Positions 62,880 to 64,000 of a stretch of DNA of 64,000 nucleotides are shown in pieces (the first letter of the stretch is position 1; every line of letters begins with the position of its first letter). The notes beneath the pieces were generated by a model. It searched no databases. It was not told the DNA's origin and saw only the letters and a list, made by a program, of their open reading frames with translations. The stretch lies in the NCBI RefSeq assembly GCF_020745735.1, contig NC_083435.1:8897201-8961200 (forward strand), given 5' to 3'. Origin of the DNA: Hemiscyllium ocellatum. Taxonomy: Eukaryota. Both the position numbers and the translations under genes were made by a program.

Positions 62880-63230
62880 GGCATGCACTAGGCAAGGTCA
62901 ATGTTAACGAGATCAACATTATTTGAGGCTAGAGAGTCCATTCAGCAGCCTAATAATGGGTGGGAAGNNNNNNNNNNNNNNNNNNNNNNNNNNNNNNNNN
63001 NNNNNNNNNNNNNNNNNNNNNNNNNNNNNNNNNNNNNNNNNNNNNNNNNNNNNNNNNNNNNNNNNNNNNNNNNNNNNNNNNNNNNNNNNNNNNNNNNNNN
63101 NGCCTAATGGAAGAGGTTGGAGGAGAACATTATTGAGATGTAATGGATCTTCGATGATGTTGGCAGTCTTTCTGCAGCAACAAGCCGTGTCAATGGAGGC
63201 CATGACTTCTGTGATGGTCTTTTTGATGAG
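62880..63230 (-). mobile_element. Rex1/Babar 3' fragment spanning an assembly gap
   Basis: ASIDTACCCRKTANIIEDP.H....LLQPLP.G resembles the Rex1 C-terminus. Confidence 0.6.
62968..63101. other. Assembly gap (134 N)
   Basis: Run of N. Confidence 0.98.
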
Positions 63231-64000
63231 CCATTAATCCAAAGCGTAGTGTGCCTGCTCCAGTGGGAGTGAAGCATCCCACAACACTATTTAAAGATGG
63301 TTAAATATAAATCTCCCAACATTGCAGCAACATTCTTTCCTCAACTATGAACAGATTATTTGGTTATTTATCTCATTTTCTGTTTGCATGAAATTATTTT
63401 CATTGCTAAATTTGCTTTATTACTTATAGAAAATTTGGCTATTCACTAGAATGTAACTTTGACAGAGAGTTACTTGAGTTAGATTAGGGCAGAAGGTTAA
63501 AAGTTTGATCAAGGAAACAAATTTGGAAAAAAGTCTCAAAGAAATAAAGAAGGTAGGAAATATTCGAACTGTTTGATCCTGATGAAGTACCCATTGTGTT
63601 CACAGGTTTAACTAAACTGGACAGAAATGTGGAATTCAGAGGACGAGAAAAGTCCATTTTTTTCAACTTTATCACTCCTGAACTGCAACAATAATGAGAA
63701 AAAAAACCTAAAATAATGGAAATCTGAAATGAGAAAATGCTGGAAAGACAAAGCAGGACCCTTTTCCATGGCCTTCTCTGGTAACTTGCTGCACAACGAG
63801 TTGTGCAAATTGATGCTGCTGAATGCAATGGGAGCATGTTAGCTGAAACCATCACGAGATACATCTGGAGGAAGAGCAGATTGAATAATGAATGGAAGAG
63901 GGTTCATGGGTTTCCCCATGTAAAACACCCTGATCTGAGGGTTTTAGAATTGTGAAAACCTTCATCATAAACTACCTCAGCTGGTGAGGAGACACTTGCT

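Overview
This is eukaryotic genomic DNA from a cartilaginous fish, most likely a carpet/bamboo shark. The assignment rests on HE1-type tRNA-derived SINEs, shark-type CR1 and Penelope repeats, and GT-AG introns. Most of the window is decayed transposable elements: CR1, Penelope-like, Tx1, Rex1/Babar, Harbinger, a Gypsy integrase remnant and a solo LTR. There are four minisatellites and two N gaps. Two butyrophilin-like (BTN/BTNL) immune genes are buried in this, arranged tail-to-tail. The minus-strand gene can be assembled exon by exon from splice signals: IgV 58405-58752, IgC 52954-53238, TM 52342-52470, a 27-bp micro-exon 33198-33224 and B30.2/PRY-SPRY 29795-30366. All junctions are phase 1 and the frame is open. 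The plus-strand paralog shows only its last two exons here: a 27-bp exon 13361-13387 (EWKRIRDCE) and B30.2 15957-16522. Notable extras are loop-focused divergence between the two B30.2 domains, intact minimal hammerhead-ribozyme cores in sense orientation in introns of both genes, an ORF1-only ZCCHC3-like Tx1 element at the 5' end of the minus gene, a 3-kb higher-order minisatellite grown from a CR1 fragment, and a CTCF-like motif cluster between the two genes. All calls were made by eye, with no database searches.
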